A stretch of DNA of 64,000 nucleotides, taken from positions 186,001 to 250,000 of the forward strand of contig JBLDXI010000030.1 in the NCBI GenBank assembly GCA_047495785.1, read 5' to 3'. Each line of letters starts with the position of its first letter. The first letter of the stretch is position 1. This DNA comes from Lepidodermella squamata (Eukaryota > Animalia > Gastrotricha). This document shows, piece by piece, positions 1 to 18,617 of this stretch. The position numbers were made by a program, and so were the translations under genes. The notes under the pieces are model-generated. The model was not told the origin of the DNA. It saw only the letters and a program-made list of their open reading frames with translations, and made no database searches.

Positions 1-6433
<6,433 letters not shown>

Positions 6434-6969
6434 TCTTTCGTCCAGGAAGATTTTTTCGTACGCAGTCGAAGCTGTTTAATGAAAGAAATTGTTGACTGGA
6501 AAATCCTCCAGGCGGGTCTCAGGATCAATTAGCAGTTTTTTCTCACGTGGCCGCCGTAGACGGCGCTCGAACCGGCGGCGCCTATCTCGTCTGCAATCGG
6601 AGAGTGAATCTGCCATCTTTGTCTAAGCCCGTAATATTCGTGTAAGAAGCTCTTTATCAACAAGACCCCGGCGCACGCAACTTGAGCACAGGTTTTGTCT
6701 TCGTCCTACGCTTGGACTTGGCCAGACATGTGGGTTGTGGGTGTTAATGAGTTTTGATGACTCGACTACCTTATATTTTTTGTGTCTATACATGTTGATG
6801 TTTACGCAACCACAAAAAATACAAGGTCAGGCAAAATAATGCAAATATTCTATTCTTTATTCTAAATGTGTATAGTGTATCCCTTGAATCCTGGAAACTA
6901 TTTCCTGTTACTCGTATATATTCACCAATGTTCACAGCTCAAAGTGATTGGACAGATCCGACTCGGCGC

Positions 6970-7956
6970 TCAACCGGATAACATTTGGACAAGTTGACCG
7001 GAGATGTTGCGCTGATATTGAGCCAAACTCATGGCTGTGTTGCCGTAGCTATCTCGACCTTTCACATCAGCGCCCTTCGACAGCAAATACCGAACAGTCG
7101 CCAGTTTGTCCGCATCTCTCGCCATCGAATTATCGATAGAATACATCAAAGCCGTTTTTCCATTGCTGCTTTTGCTGTTCGCACTCAGTCCACCCTGTTC
7201 TACGGCCAGCTTGACGTAAGGCAGCATGTTGACGCTGAATTCGCACGTTTTCGTCAGAACATTATGCCCATCTCGGAGCGATGACCGGAAAGAGTCGCCA
7301 TTCTTCAACAACAGGCTGATAATCGCTAGACCATTCGCAGCATCGGCCTGGCCTAGAGAGGCTCGCAACAGGGGAGTCCAGCCGTTGTTATCAGCAGTGA
7401 CTTTAGCCCCACTGTCAATCAGCAGCTTGACAATGGCCAAAGTTTGATTCTCAGCAGCTGCTTGAAGCGGCGTCTCCCCGCTGCTGGTTTTGCCGTTCAC
7501 ATCCGCGCCTTTGTCGATGAACGCTTTAAGAGTCGAAGTCGAAATACGCTCATTTCCAGTGCGTTTCAGCATGGCGTGGAGGAAGGGGAAATAGCCACAG
7601 TCTCCATTGATAACAGCCCCTTTATCGAGGAAAAGCTTCGTGATCTCGTCACTCTGCGGGCAAAGGCAGATGGGCCGTTCCTGCAGCATGTTTTTCGTAT
7701 TGACATTCAGGCCTTTGCCGATGTAAAACTCGACCAGGTCTTTTCTGCACGATTTCGCAGCCGGGAACAGAAGGTTTGAACCTCTGTCATCTTTCGCCGT
7801 TACATTAGCTCCTTTACTCAGCAGACTGTCGATCGCGGCCTTGTTTCCAGCCCTCGTTGCTTCGAACAACGCAGCATCATTCGCCGACAACCAGAATACC
7901 TCGATACCGCTGAGGGACAGCAAAGTGACAATCAAAGACTGTGAGAAAGTTGACAT
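6970..7956 (-). CDS. Intronless ankyrin-repeat protein with an N-terminal signal-peptide-like segment
   Basis: 328-aa ORF with ankyrin motifs (GETPLQAAA...IVKLLIDSGA, GWTPLLRAS, GKTALMYS, GNTAMSLA) and a hydrophobic N-terminus (SLIVTLLSLSGIEVFWLSA). Confidence 0.88.
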   Translation of the reverse strand: MSTFSQSLIVTLLSLSGIEVFWLSANDAALFEATRAGNKAAIDSLLSKGANVTAKDDRGSNLLFPAAKSCRKDLVEFYIGKGLNVNTKNMLQERPICLCPQSDEITKLFLDKGAVINGDCGYFPFLHAMLKRTGNERISTSTLKAFIDKGADVNGKTSSGETPLQAAAENQTLAIVKLLIDSGAKVTADNNGWTPLLRASLGQADAANGLAIISLLLKNGDSFRSSLRDGHNVLTKTCEFSVNMLPYVKLAVEQGGLSANSKSSNGKTALMYSIDNSMARDADKLATVRYLLSKGADVKGRDSYGNTAMSLAQYQRNISGQLVQMLSG

Positions 7957-8226
7957 TTTGATTGATACTCGGGAAAACCATTGACTATGCCTAGCTATAA
8001 CGTAGCTTTATATACTAGAGAGCCGTACGTGGTGTTTGCTCAAGTCACATGGTAACATTGCCTATAATGGCTAATTTCACGGATGGTTTACTTCAAAACG
8101 GACAACGGGAAACGGAATATAAACAACAGATGTTTACACATAGGTCGAAAACGGATCTTGACCCACTGAAAACAAATCAATTCGCGGTCTGCTTCACAAA
8201 GATTCTATATGAAGCGCGTTATCATG

Positions 8227-10485
8227 TCACTTCTTGTTGATTCGAAATCTTTTGAACGATATAAGCACAGCTGTTATCAAAGAAATCGCCCAGGTCATGA
8301 ATGAAATGAGTATCTGTTGGTTTATTCTATCAGCTATCATAGGCAGCAACAGCATTGCCGCACAGAGCAAGACCAATGAATTGCCAGCTGCTAGAAGCGA
8401 TCTCTTGACTTCAAATGGCCATTCGATAGCGAGCCATGATCTATTCCGAGCTTTTAGATTTCGTTGGAAAAGCAGGCATCTGCTAATTGCGAAGATTAGC
8501 CAGATAACTTGAAGAATCGCTTGGCAGATAATCCAGGCGTAGAAAGCGTGCTGAGAGTCGCATTCTTTGATTAGACACTGTTTCGCGTAGTCGTCACTCC
8601 AGTATTCGTAAAACGATAGCTTGTAGCTGCAAACCAATGGATCGCTCGTCAACCAGGCGACTAAAACCGCTGTAGCAAGAAGAACGTAGACGGCGAAAAG
8701 TTTGACGGTATTGACCTGAATTTTACGCGTGACTTTTGCTGTGAAAATATCCATAGGGGCTTGAGGCGATTTCTTGCTGAAAGTTTGTTTCGCAACTGAT
8801 TTCTTTCGCTTGAATTTCTTTTTTGATACTCTCACCCGCGAAATTGCTAATAGAAAAGCTCCGAGTATGCCATTAGAGAGACTTAGACCAATAACGAGGA
8901 AAATGCACCTCAAAATCGCAGTAATCCACGAATTTGTCCAAACGAATAGGATTGCCGCTATATCGAGAATTAGACATCCGATTACAGTGATAAATCCCAC
9001 AAATCCGAACTTGAAGAAGAAACCTCGCTTAGCATTGACTGCTAGAGCAATGACTTTGTAGAGAGCTGAAATTCCAACTTCGACGATCAGCGTAACAAAT
9101 GCATGGAAGGAGACGTTGTAAATCTTTGTCAGAAGAATACGCTGGTCAGCCGGCGATCTATTATTTCGCCAAGCCGGCCAGTTGAAAGGCCTAAACTGAA
9201 TCAAGTTGAATGAGGAATCAGCCTTGAAGAAAACCTCTTGCTCATTCGTAGTCGCATTGTGATAGCCAACAGTAATGGTCTCTGAACTTTCGCGAGTCTC
9301 ATGGTCAAAATACAGCCGACCGATCCTTAAACCCATGAAATTCGACTCGAACAAGGTCGTGTTGACGAGGATCATAATCTCCTCATCTCGCCCCGCAATC
9401 ATCAGGTCAAGAAGGGACGTGTTCCTTGCCCTTAGAGATTTGTCCGCCGAATCCAGAGCATGCACAGCTCTTTGAGCAGCGTCGTTGCACAAAAAGCGAA
9501 CCTGATAATCATCCGGTCTCCCATTCCGCGATATGTTCAATTTTTCATCGAGAACTGCATCCAGCTCATTGGCTGAATAGCCGTAGTATGACTGTCTGTT
9601 CGGATAGAATGGCGTGATCTGAGGCCCGATCCAGAACACGATTTTGTACTGCTCCAAGATGACCTCCTTACTACACGGCGATCCGTCATTCATGATGAAT
9701 TGCGCTGGCAAAGTGGAACTGTGGACGTAAACAGATGCGTAGGTTATGAAAACATATCTCGGCCCTGTCATGCCCATTCGATGAGTCAAACAGAAAAAAT
9801 TCCATATCATGTTCAAGTTGGAGAACACTACCGATACAATTCGAATGTCGCGTTGTAGCAAACTCTCGATTACTGCCTCATTGAAATCTATCACTACATT
9901 GAAGTAAGTTGCGTTCGTTTTCTTAGCATTATTTCTCGCTAAAATGTAGTCTGCGATGTTGCCAACATTCCCGAGTACTCCGATTCGTTGCCATTTCCCA
10001 ACTTTGCTTATGAATAATGCCAAGGTGTAGCTGATAGCCTCTGAGGTAGCATAACCGAGGTACAGATTTTTGAATAGGAATTTGTCCTTCAATATCGGAG
10101 CTGTGCACCCAGTACACAACTGAACTTTGTTGATATGGTGCAAGAAAGTCGCACTTCTCTGAGCCCCAGCTGACAGCATGGGTCCCACTATTATGGGCGA
10201 AGCGAATGACGAAGGTGTTGATTCGAACTCGGCGATTGCTCCGGCCACTCTCTGCCCTAACCGTTCGTCTTCGAATTTCGTTATCAGGTTGAAGTCTGGC
10301 AGGATCGAAGAATTTGCATTCACAAGGTCGTACAAGTATTGCGTAACAGCTCGACACGCCTCGCCATATCTCGGTCCCATGTCAGTTAGCGGTAGAAGGT
10401 GGAGGGAAGTTAGGTTGAACGGCTTGGAATTCTGACCAAAAGCTGTTCCTGTTAGAATCAGGAGAGTTGCAATAACTAGAAGCAT
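8227..10485 (-). CDS. Class C GPCR, GABA-B-receptor-like (Venus flytrap domain plus divergent 7TM), single exon
   Basis: 752-aa ORF with signal peptide, VFT motifs (ILPDFNL, IIVGP, WQRIGVL, GMTGPRYVFI) and multiple C-terminal hydrophobic helices including the GABA-B-like LVAWLTSDPL...CDS segment. Confidence 0.82.
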   Translation of the reverse strand: MLLVIATLLILTGTAFGQNSKPFNLTSLHLLPLTDMGPRYGEACRAVTQYLYDLVNANSSILPDFNLITKFEDERLGQRVAGAIAEFESTPSSFASPIIVGPMLSAGAQRSATFLHHINKVQLCTGCTAPILKDKFLFKNLYLGYATSEAISYTLALFISKVGKWQRIGVLGNVGNIADYILARNNAKKTNATYFNVVIDFNEAVIESLLQRDIRIVSVVFSNLNMIWNFFCLTHRMGMTGPRYVFITYASVYVHSSTLPAQFIMNDGSPCSKEVILEQYKIVFWIGPQITPFYPNRQSYYGYSANELDAVLDEKLNISRNGRPDDYQVRFLCNDAAQRAVHALDSADKSLRARNTSLLDLMIAGRDEEIMILVNTTLFESNFMGLRIGRLYFDHETRESSETITVGYHNATTNEQEVFFKADSSFNLIQFRPFNWPAWRNNRSPADQRILLTKIYNVSFHAFVTLIVEVGISALYKVIALAVNAKRGFFFKFGFVGFITVIGCLILDIAAILFVWTNSWITAILRCIFLVIGLSLSNGILGAFLLAISRVRVSKKKFKRKKSVAKQTFSKKSPQAPMDIFTAKVTRKIQVNTVKLFAVYVLLATAVLVAWLTSDPLVCSYKLSFYEYWSDDYAKQCLIKECDSQHAFYAWIICQAILQVIWLIFAISRCLLFQRNLKARNRSWLAIEWPFEVKRSLLAAGNSLVLLCAAMLLLPMIADRINQQILISFMTWAISLITAVLISFKRFRINKK

Positions 10486-10706
10486 TTTTCGAAAATGAAA
10501 CAGGTCGAAATAGCCAAAACCATTCTCGACACTACGAGCAGACCAGCCTTTAGAAAGGATCGATACAAATTGGCCTGGATGAAAGTAGTACGGCTAATTA
10601 ATCCAATTAGAGAAGCTCTCTAGACAGCGTAAACACCTTGGTCTCTCGGATCATAATGGACAAGTCGGGGATGTAGAATTTCCCCTTGATACTTGATATA
10701 ATCATT

Positions 10707-11905
10707 TCACCGGTTTATTTTATTTTTGAATCGTTTAATGACCCTGAAAGCCTCGTCGAATAGCCCGGGCCGAAGGCTATTTATCAGAGGACGAACAATC
10801 ATTTCGATCATCATCAGCAATGAACTGGTCAGTTGAAGTTCAAAGCTAGCTACATACGGCCCTATGCTGTCTCGAAACATCAACATGATGAATGAGATTG
10901 TGAGCGGTGTATAAAACGCGACGAACAAGAGAAAAGAACCGAGAGATTGTTTGACGAAAAATAGCTCCCGCTTTCGCCAGTCCTCGAGAAGAGCATTGCT
11001 TGATATAATGCCATACATTCCCGGCTGATTAAATTGCTGTTTGATTTCGCGAATTTTCGCAAAAATCAGCCTAAAAATATTCAGATTAGACTTATTGGAA
11101 GAATTGATGAAAATCATACCAATAGTTGTAAGAAAGAAGGACATTTACTATCGTGAAGCTAGCCATTGGGAAAATCGTGAAGAAAATGGAGCTATCGGCA
11201 TTCGCCCCGATGTAGAAGTCAAAAGTCCCACAGTACGGCTTAACCGTTCCATTTTCAATCGATGGTATGCTGATTAGCCTCACATCAATTACAGGATTTG
11301 GGTAAAAGATGATGAAAAACCATATGAGACCAATCAGGGTGAAAGTTCCTATTGTTAGGAGAATCATCTGTCAAAAAGGTCCTAATATTAGGCTTAAGGC
11401 TTAACATGGAGAAAACACTCACCCTTGTTGTATGCGAGGGTGAGTTAGGGCTATTTGACAGTATACATAGACGTCGTTCGTAACTAATTAGCAACATGTC
11501 GTAGAAACTGAAATTTCCGAACGAGCAACAGAACCAGAACACGCATGAGCATAGTCTTTTATCCGCCTCCCAGAATCCAGTCGGCAACAGAACGAGAAAG
11601 GGTACGCTGTGGGCTATGCAGAAAATGACGTTTCCGACTCCCAAAACAGCGTGAAGTAGCAAGAAATCGCGCTTAACTTTGCGCTTTATGTAGACTACAA
11701 GATTGAAAACTGTAGCTATCATGACGAGAAACGTCATTATAGGAGATGCTAGGGCGATAGGTAACCTGTCGTTCACAGTTTTCCAACTCAGGTCCTGGTA
11801 CCAGCCGACGTAGTAGGGCACTGCACGACCGAAACCTCGATCTGGTAAATCGGCAACAATCCAATCACCAATGTACCCTGTTCCGTTGTAAGTTGTGATG
11901 CTCAT
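10707..11905 (-). CDS. Divergent rhodopsin-like (class A) GPCR, 3 exons
   Basis: Exons joined by GT-AG introns at ~11368-11422 and ~11071-11119 give seven hydrophobic segments, with W-x-x-x-x-x-x-C before TM3, ISYERR (DRY-like) and TM6 FYTP. Confidence 0.78.
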
Positions 11906-12246
11906 TCTTCTTTCGTCTATACAGAGCAAATTTGTATTTTTCAGTGAGTTGTGCGAGAGGAATAGTGAATAGAAGCTAATTACTAATCCTCTATCATCTA
12001 TCATATTTCACCGATGCCAAATAAGCTGGAACTGCTGCATGTTGCGCACTGCATCTTTGCTTTTAGGTTGTGATCTTGTCCCGAGAATGAGGTCGAAAGA
12101 CCATTGTAGCAGACTAGCGCCTTTTTCAAGGGGCGCCATCTCAAAGGTCAAAAGTACAACTTAACATTTACAAGGAATCATTTTCTCTTGCATTAGCAAT
12201 GGCCAATGTATTTATCTATCTGGCCGCCTGAATTTTGATAAGAATT

Positions 12247-13203
12247 TCAGCGTCGCCCACATTTTCTAAAAAAGCAGTTTGCTATCACAGCATTTGCATA
12301 ATTGCAGGCTCTTTCACTGAGAGAAATATTGTTAGATGAGCTTAAATTGAAATCGTGGACTAGAATTATCAGAACCTTCTCGCATCCGTAATACGACGCG
12401 AGGTTCAGTGGAGTCATTCCCTCTCTATTGACCGCATAAGGATCAGCTCCAAACTCGGCGATCAAAAGCCTAACGACCTCAGCGTGTCCATTCTTCGCTG
12501 CCAAATGCAAGGGCGTGTAGCCATTCACATCAGCCGCCATCACAGTGTCGTGACTCCTCGAAGCCAGTAGCCTAACAACGTCGACATGGCCATTAGCTGC
12601 AGCAATATGAATTGGCATACAGCCAAAACTTCTATCAGCTTTCAGATCTACCCCGAATTTATCCACAAGCATTTCTACAACTTCTGAATGGCCGAAGAGA
12701 GATGCGCAGAATAGAGGAGTGCAGTTGCCTTCATCTAATGCCTCGACATCAGCATTGAATTCCCTTATCAGCACCTCGACTGTCGATAAATGGCCGTAAG
12801 AAGCCGCGAGATGGAGGGGTGTGCATCCATACTTGTTTCTAGCTTCAACACAAGATTTGAACTTTCGAATAAGAAGTCGCGTTAGGTGGGTATTCCCGAC
12901 CTTTGCAGCGTTGTGTAGAGTTGAGTTCTCTTCATCGCCTGTCGGAAATACCGGATCTGCTCCTGCTTCGAGCAGGAACTCGGCCACAACTGTCTCGTTC
13001 TGAGATATTGCGATAGACAGGGCATTTTCGTTGTTTTCATCACGTTCCTTCAGTAATGAAGCAATTTCGTAATTTCTCAGGTCATTTGATGATTGCAGGA
13101 CACCTATCGGTTCATTGTACATAAGAAATTATTGCGAAATTCGCGGAATTCACTCACCGCTAAGAAAGGTTACTTTTGACGATAAGCCTTTTTCATTAAT
13201 CAT
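12247..13203 (-). CDS. Ankyrin-repeat protein (about 7 repeats)
   Basis: Canonical repeats GCTPLHLAASYGHLSTVEVLI and GYTPLHLAAKNGHAEVVRLLI. A probable short first exon (ATG 13203, intron ~13104-13157) is tentative. Confidence 0.85.
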
Positions 13204-13476
13204 AATAGTAATAATAACGAAAAAGCATTGGCATAACGTGCACACCTCAGGCATATGAATGCATTCGTTTTACGCTATACCAAGCGTATATTGTGAGCAT
13301 GAATAATTTATGAGGCATTACTGCGGGTATGAATGAATAAACCATATAGCGTGTGTTTTACTATATTTTGGATCGATCACTACTCAAGCCTAATACTTTT
13401 ATTTTGAATTGGCGTTGGTGTCATTTTAGAATTAAGACATTTCCGGAGGGCATTTTAAATGTCTGATTTTTTCGAC

Positions 13477-14711
13477 CTATGAATGCGTGACTGAAGCTCT
13501 CGAAGATCTGGGTGTCAGCATTTCTGCGGAAACGGGTAAAACGACCTGACTCAAGGAAAGCCGCATCTTCTGCCGCTGGAGAAAGGCGGTAATTTGCTGG
13601 CTAAAATTAGGCTTCAAGCTCAGCATCAAAGGAGTGATCGCCATCTGAGCCATCATGCTAATGCAGGCAAATTTGTGCAGCCAGGGCTGCTGAAGTTCCG
13701 GCCCAGCACCGTCATACATCAGCAGAGTGATGAACGAAAATGTCAGCGGTAGGTGAAATAGGACAAAAACGATGAATGACGCAATTGATTGCTTGACAAT
13801 GAACATCTCACGCTTCCGCCACTCTAGCCTTATTTTCGAGATCTGCTGGGTGGAGCCTGTAAAGCCGCTCCCGTCATTCAACGTCCGAAATTTTGAAAAT
13901 ATCATCCTTCAAAAAGATTGTTAAAGACGCATGCCAAAAAAGTCTAAAATTACCAATAATTGTACGTGAGGCCGAAATCGATGAGAATCAAGCTTCCGCC
14001 AATGTAAATGACCACGAAAGATGAGGTGTCCATACTCCCAGATAGTCGGTAGTCGAACAGGGAGCAATAAGCTTTTGCAGTTCCGTTTTCGATATCCGGT
14101 TTGCTGATGTACTGCATACTGAAGCTTTGAAATGGATACACCGTTAGAGTGAACCACATCATGGCACAAATCAGCCAAACAGCAGCTGTCATTATCAGAA
14201 TCTAAAGCAAAAACACTAGAACGAAAGGTTAAAAGATGAAACCTGCTCTCACTCTTGACGTATTTGGCTTCGAAGTCGGATTGTTAGACATAATGCACAG
14301 CCGCCTTTCGTAGCTTATCAATAGCATGTCGAAGAAACTGAATGTCCCAAAGGTGAAAGCGATCCAAAAAGCTCCAGCACATGAGTAGTAATCAGCCTCC
14401 CAAAATCCTGTTCTCAGTGTTGCCAGGAGGCCCAAGAAAAATGGCAGACAGAAGAAGACATTACTAAATCCAAGGATAGCAGTTACAATCAGGAAATCTC
14501 TCTTGACTTTCCGTCGATAATAGACATAAACGTTGAATGCTGCTGTCAGCGCCATCAATGCAGTGAATGTCCCGAGGGTTATGGCATAGTGAAGCCTTTC
14601 GGAGTAAGAAGCGTTCAGATCGTGTAGGAAGCCGATGAAATACGGCCTGGGGCTGTCGTAGCCTCTTCCAGGAATCAGCACATCTATCCATACAGCTGAA
14701 ACGTTCGCCAT
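13477..14711 (-). CDS. Divergent class A GPCR, paralog of 10707-11905
   Basis: Shares KVKRDFL, TGFWEAD, DMLLISYERRLCI, IENGT-K-YC, YNYW and WRKRE-F-VKQS, and the same two intron positions. Confidence 0.78.
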
Positions 14712-15149
14712 CGTTTAAAAAACTTTTATGCTATAAAGAGCTATGTCTAATCCACAATTTTCGGGCTAAATATAGTTCAGGCAGGCTATCAGTCGTAGCG
14801 GACAAACTTTTTCGGTTGCATTCCACATTATTCGCCGACTTTATTGATGGGAAGGTTAGAGAAATTTCAGGAAGACGTTAATTGGGCAATATTTTATAGC
14901 TATGACCCACAATTTCGGAATTTCAAGCATCCTTTCGCACACAGAAAAACGATGAAATAATGTGACAATTTTCTAAGGCTGCTAAGAATTTTAATTTCAT
15001 GTCTCCAGGGGTTGGGAGCTGAGAAACCCTGAGATTACTACTGAGAAACCCTACTACTTTTTCCAGGCTGAAGCGAGATAGGGAACGTTTTATTAAGTTG
15101 AGTAGAGAGTTTAGAGTAGTCTTGGCTCTAATTCCTCTTAACTTAAATC

Positions 15150-15245
15150 ATAAATCGATGCAGCCCGGCACTTCCGTTTCCTGTATGTGCAACTTGGCTT
15201 TTGTACGTTCGACACTTTGCCATATAGGAGAACGGATTTCGTAAT
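15150..15245 (+). promoter_or_regulatory. Conserved upstream block shared by LGIC paralogs 1 and 2 (second copy ~16905-16995)
   Basis: GCAACTTGGCT...CGACACTTTGCCATAT...GAGAACGGATT occurs upstream of both start codons. Confidence 0.5.
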
Positions 15246-15284
15246 ATTTATGTAAGTCTATAGTCAGACTTTGGAAATTCGGAA

Positions 15285-16511
15285 ATGCGATTAGTTGGCG
15301 TGTATTTTGTCATTCTTTCCGTGGAATCCCTAGCGTTTGATAGTGAGCTTTCGATAGCTGAACAGCTGGAAGTAAGCTTTAAGAAATTCTGCCCTGCCGT
15401 AAGATCTCGCTGCCTGCCATCTGACCAAGCTGTGTTCTCCAAAAACAGCCAGCCTATCCAAGTAAATGTCTCCCTTACTCTGTATCGATTCATCGGAATA
15501 GACGATGGTCAGCCAAAAGTTGTCCCTTCTTGGTACACTGGCTCTGAATTGGCAACTACCGTGTTCAGTACCAAGATGCACTGATCTTCTCCCGCCGGAA
15601 TATTGCGCAATTCCTTACCCGGACAATCTAAATTTCTACGTTTCGCAGGCAAATATTTGGACACCCGAATTGTGCCACAATACAGCTTTTGGTTCGCCCA
15701 GCATCAATTACAGGTGCATTTAGAGACATTCTGTTCTATTCCACTTTTAATGTCTGCCCTTAGAGCCCGAGAACACGTCTGGATCTATCCGCTATCATCA
15801 ACCAATGTTCTATACGCCACTTTTGATCGCTTCGACGTGTCTTGCACATCGTTTAGTTATCGCCGTTTCCCATTCGATACCCAGCAGTGCTCGATGATTT
15901 TTGAAAGTCTTGAAGTCAGCTCTGAGGTTTTGTACAATGTAACGAATTTCGAAATCGACATGTCAACGCGAGACAGCTTTATCACTGATACTGACATATG
16001 GACTCTAGTCGAACCTCTTACGTCAGCATCATCGATTTCCAATCAATCTGAAGGCACTCTGAAGGTCAGTCATCTGGTTTTTACCCTCAAATTTCGACGA
16101 AAGAGCAGCTACTATGCTTACAATGTACTCGTGCCTACTATAGCGCTTTTCGCCCTGCAAATCGTCTGTTTGATCGCCGAGCCGTTGAAAAGTGACCGAC
16201 CCTCGTTTTGCGTGACGGTAGTTCTGTCCTTCACGGTGATTTTGACTCTGATATACGACATGATACCAAAAACGTCGGAAACAATCTACTTGGTATACAT
16301 TGTAGCAGCTAAATTCCTTGCGGCTGTTGTCATCACCGCATATGTGAGTGTCAGCCTTAGTTATTCCAAGATGATGAGAGGTCTTGCGATCAAATTTCGG
16401 TCAAATATGATCATGCCTTTGCATAGATTTCTTGACATTTGTGTTGCCTTTGGAGTTACTTTGGCTGTGATTATTCTTGATGTAACACTTTTCTCGCTAA
16501 TGCTATCTTAG
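15285..16511 (+). pseudogene. Atypical Cys-loop ligand-gated ion channel subunit 1, frameshifted
   Basis: Signal peptide, Cys-loop CTSFSYRRFPFDTQQC, 4 TM, intron 15714-15763. An extra G at 15507/15508 (GATGGTC versus GATGTC in the paralog) shifts the frame. This could also be an assembly error. Confidence 0.75.
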
Positions 16512-17072
16512 CAGGATCTATACGCGTCTATGTTAGCGGTTATCTTGTATAATAATGTTGACTTTCTGCATAAAAGCCGGGCTCTTTTGCTGTATTCCTT
16601 CATTTTTTGGTAGTTTATCAGTTTTTTTGCGAATTACGGAGCGAAATGACGAAGGAAACGAAGAAGACACCACCTTAAAAGCTGGCTATTTTTCAGGTTA
16701 TGTTGGCGTGCTCCGATCCTGCAAAACCGAAGTAGAATGAGGACACGTATATTTTAAGTGAACTATTTGTTAGTGACGGAAATTGAGACATTACCAGGGA
16801 CTAGAGACGGCTACTGTTCCATGCTCCTTAATTTTATGGCAATACAAGGTAAAGAGCAATTTATTAAGTTGCGTAAAGTCTTGGCTCGAATTCCTCTTTA
16901 ATGAGATCGATGAAGCTCGGAAACAGCACATCCGCTTCCTGTGCGCGCAACTTGGCTATTGTTAGTCCGACACTTTGCCATATGAGAACGGATTCTCTAC
17001 GCTGATTTCCTAAATATATAATGTATAGGTATGCAACTTGGTCTTTATTATCAGAATTTGATAGCTTTAGAA

Positions 17073-18301
17073 ATGCTACTACTAGGCTTATTTTTTGCCT
17101 CTCCGTTCACGATATCGTTAGCATCTGTTGGCGAACTTTCGATAGCTGACCAGCTAGAGTTGAATTTTTCGAAACTCTGTCCAGCGTTGAGGTCCCGCTG
17201 CCTGCCAGCCGATCAAGCAGTGTTCTCCAAAAATAGCCAGCCCATTCAAGTTAATGTCTCCCTTGTATTGTACCGATTCATCGGAATAGATGATGTCAGT
17301 CAGCGATTATCCATACTTGGTGCCCTTACTTTAAACTGGCAACTGCCGTGTTCACGTCCGCGCTGTACTGATCTTCTGTCACAGAAAAGCTGCGCTCTTC
17401 CCTACCCGGAACGTCTAAATTTTTACGTTTTGTCAACTAATATCTGGACGCCCGAATTGTGCCACAATACAGCTATCGGATCGCCAAACCTTAGTTACAG
17501 GTGAATTAAGCGACATTATTGTCGGTTTCACGTGATGAAAATGCTTTCCTTAGAATCCGAGAGCACGTCAAGATATATCCGCTGTCATCGACCACTGTTT
17601 TATTCTCAACTTTCGACCGTTTCGACGTATCTTGCACATCGTTCAGTTTTCGCCGATTCCCGTTCGACATCCAGCAGTGTTCGATGATTTTCGAAAGTCT
17701 GGAAGTCAGCTCTGAAGTTTTGTACAATGTAACCAACTTCGAAATCGACATTTCCACCCGTGAAAACTTCATCACTGACACTGATGTATGGACACTTGTC
17801 GAGCCTCTGACATCGAACACGTCAGTTTCAAATCAAACGGATGGAACACAAACTTTCAGTCATCTAGTTTTTACCCTCAAATTTCGTCGTAAAAGCAGCT
17901 ATTACGCCTATAACGTTCTCGTGCCTACAATGGCTTTATTTGCCCTGCCAATCGTCTGTTTGGTTGCTGAGCCGTTGAAAAGCGACCGACCAGCTTTCTG
18001 TGTGAGCGTAGTGCTGTCTTTCACGGTGATATTGACTCTGATATACGACATGATACCGAAAACATCAGAAACGATCTATTTAGTTTACATAGTCGCCGTC
18101 AAATTCTTGGCTGCCGTTGTCATTACGGCGTACGTGAGTGTCAGCCTTAGCTACTCCAAGATGATGAGAGGCCTTACGATCAAATTTCGCAATTTTGCCA
18201 CAGTGCCGTTGCATAGATTTCTCGATATTTGTGTTGCGTTGGGAGTTACCTTGGCTGTGTTTCTTGTTGATTTTTCACTTTTCTCGCTAATGTTATCATA
18301 G
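17073..18301 (+). CDS. Atypical Cys-loop ligand-gated ion channel subunit 2
   Basis: Two exons (intron 17501-17553); WTPEL, CTSFSFRRFPFDIQQC, FRRKSSYY, M2 DRPAFCVSVVLSFTVIL, IPKTS, M3 and M4. Confidence 0.9.
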
Positions 18302-18617
18302 TAGGCTCGCTTCTATTAACTCTGCCAACTCGAGAATTGGTATGGCTAAAGACATTAAAATGAACCGTGTTCTATCGATCACTCGAAAACAACTATCAGA
18401 GGTTTTTCCGGAAAAGCAGGTTGCCGAAAGTAAGTAAAAACTGTTGGTATAAAGTCACCGTTTACCTCTTGCCATAATATGGATGCGTACATTAAAAGCG
18501 TATCACAACACGATACATATGTCCAATAACTCACAAAGGGCTTACAAATATATGACATAGTCCTCTAAGTCTGTGAAATCATACAATACGAGATACGGGC
18601 TTGGACAATTGAAAGCT

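Noticed and set aside
6545-6610. tRNA or HDV-like ribozyme at the GC-rich GGTTCGAG motif (minus strand)
   Set aside because: The T-arm has a mismatch and an 8-nt loop, there is no matching acceptor 5' strand or D-arm, and I could not build the HDV nested pseudoknot.
10707-14711. Class A GPCRs as opsins
   Set aside because: Counting back from the TM7 proline, the position equivalent to retinal-binding K296 is Met in both paralogs.
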